Below are positions 63,863-64,000 of a stretch of DNA of 64,000 nt, in pieces. Below the pieces are notes generated by a model that did no database searches, was not told the origin of the DNA, and saw only the letters and a list, made by a program, of their open reading frames with translations. Position numbers and translations under genes: made by a program. How positions within the stretch are numbered: the stretch's first letter is position 1; each line of letters starts with the position of its first letter. The DNA comes from Amoebidium appalachense (taxonomy: Eukaryota > Protista > Ichthyosporea), in contig CAVNZM010000007.1 in the NCBI GenBank assembly GCA_963693365.1, forward strand, positions 2,031,979 to 2,095,978, read 5' to 3'.

Positions 63863-64000
63863 GTTACACCCCCCCCCCCCCCCCCCTAACCCCCACTGAC
63901 CCCCCCCACACCCACCTCCACGCACACACGTGCGCGTGCGCGCACGCATGCACATGTGCAGCAATAGCTAAGTCATTCGAATTATTATCTGCATAACATT

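Overview
Eukaryotic (opisthokont-like, by inference) genomic DNA with intron-rich genes whose introns are packed with (CA)/(GT), (GA) and poly-C/poly-G tracts; nearly all ORFs in the supplied track are microsatellite artefacts. Four spliced genes can be reconstructed by hand with GT-AG introns: a 5'-truncated WHIM/WSD-domain chromatin-remodelling subunit (+, 352-7236), a PlsC-type acyltransferase (-, 9407-11149), a ~37-kb BIG1/BIG2-type Sec7 ARF-GEF (-, 17290-54023) and the 5' part of an HADHB-like thiolase (+, from 61028). Mobile DNA includes two decayed copies and one 3' stub of a non-LTR retrotransposon whose poly(A) tail is followed by the same ~190-bp sequence at all three junctions, a 21-bp-TIR-bounded 4.9-kb composite enclosing two of those copies, a very young Copia-type TRIM (431-bp LTRs, half-tRNA PBS, CCCGG TSD), a foldback MITE, and a dispersed structured intronic repeat that always lies in host-sense orientation and abuts poly-C. 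All calls come from reading the sequence; no database search was run.
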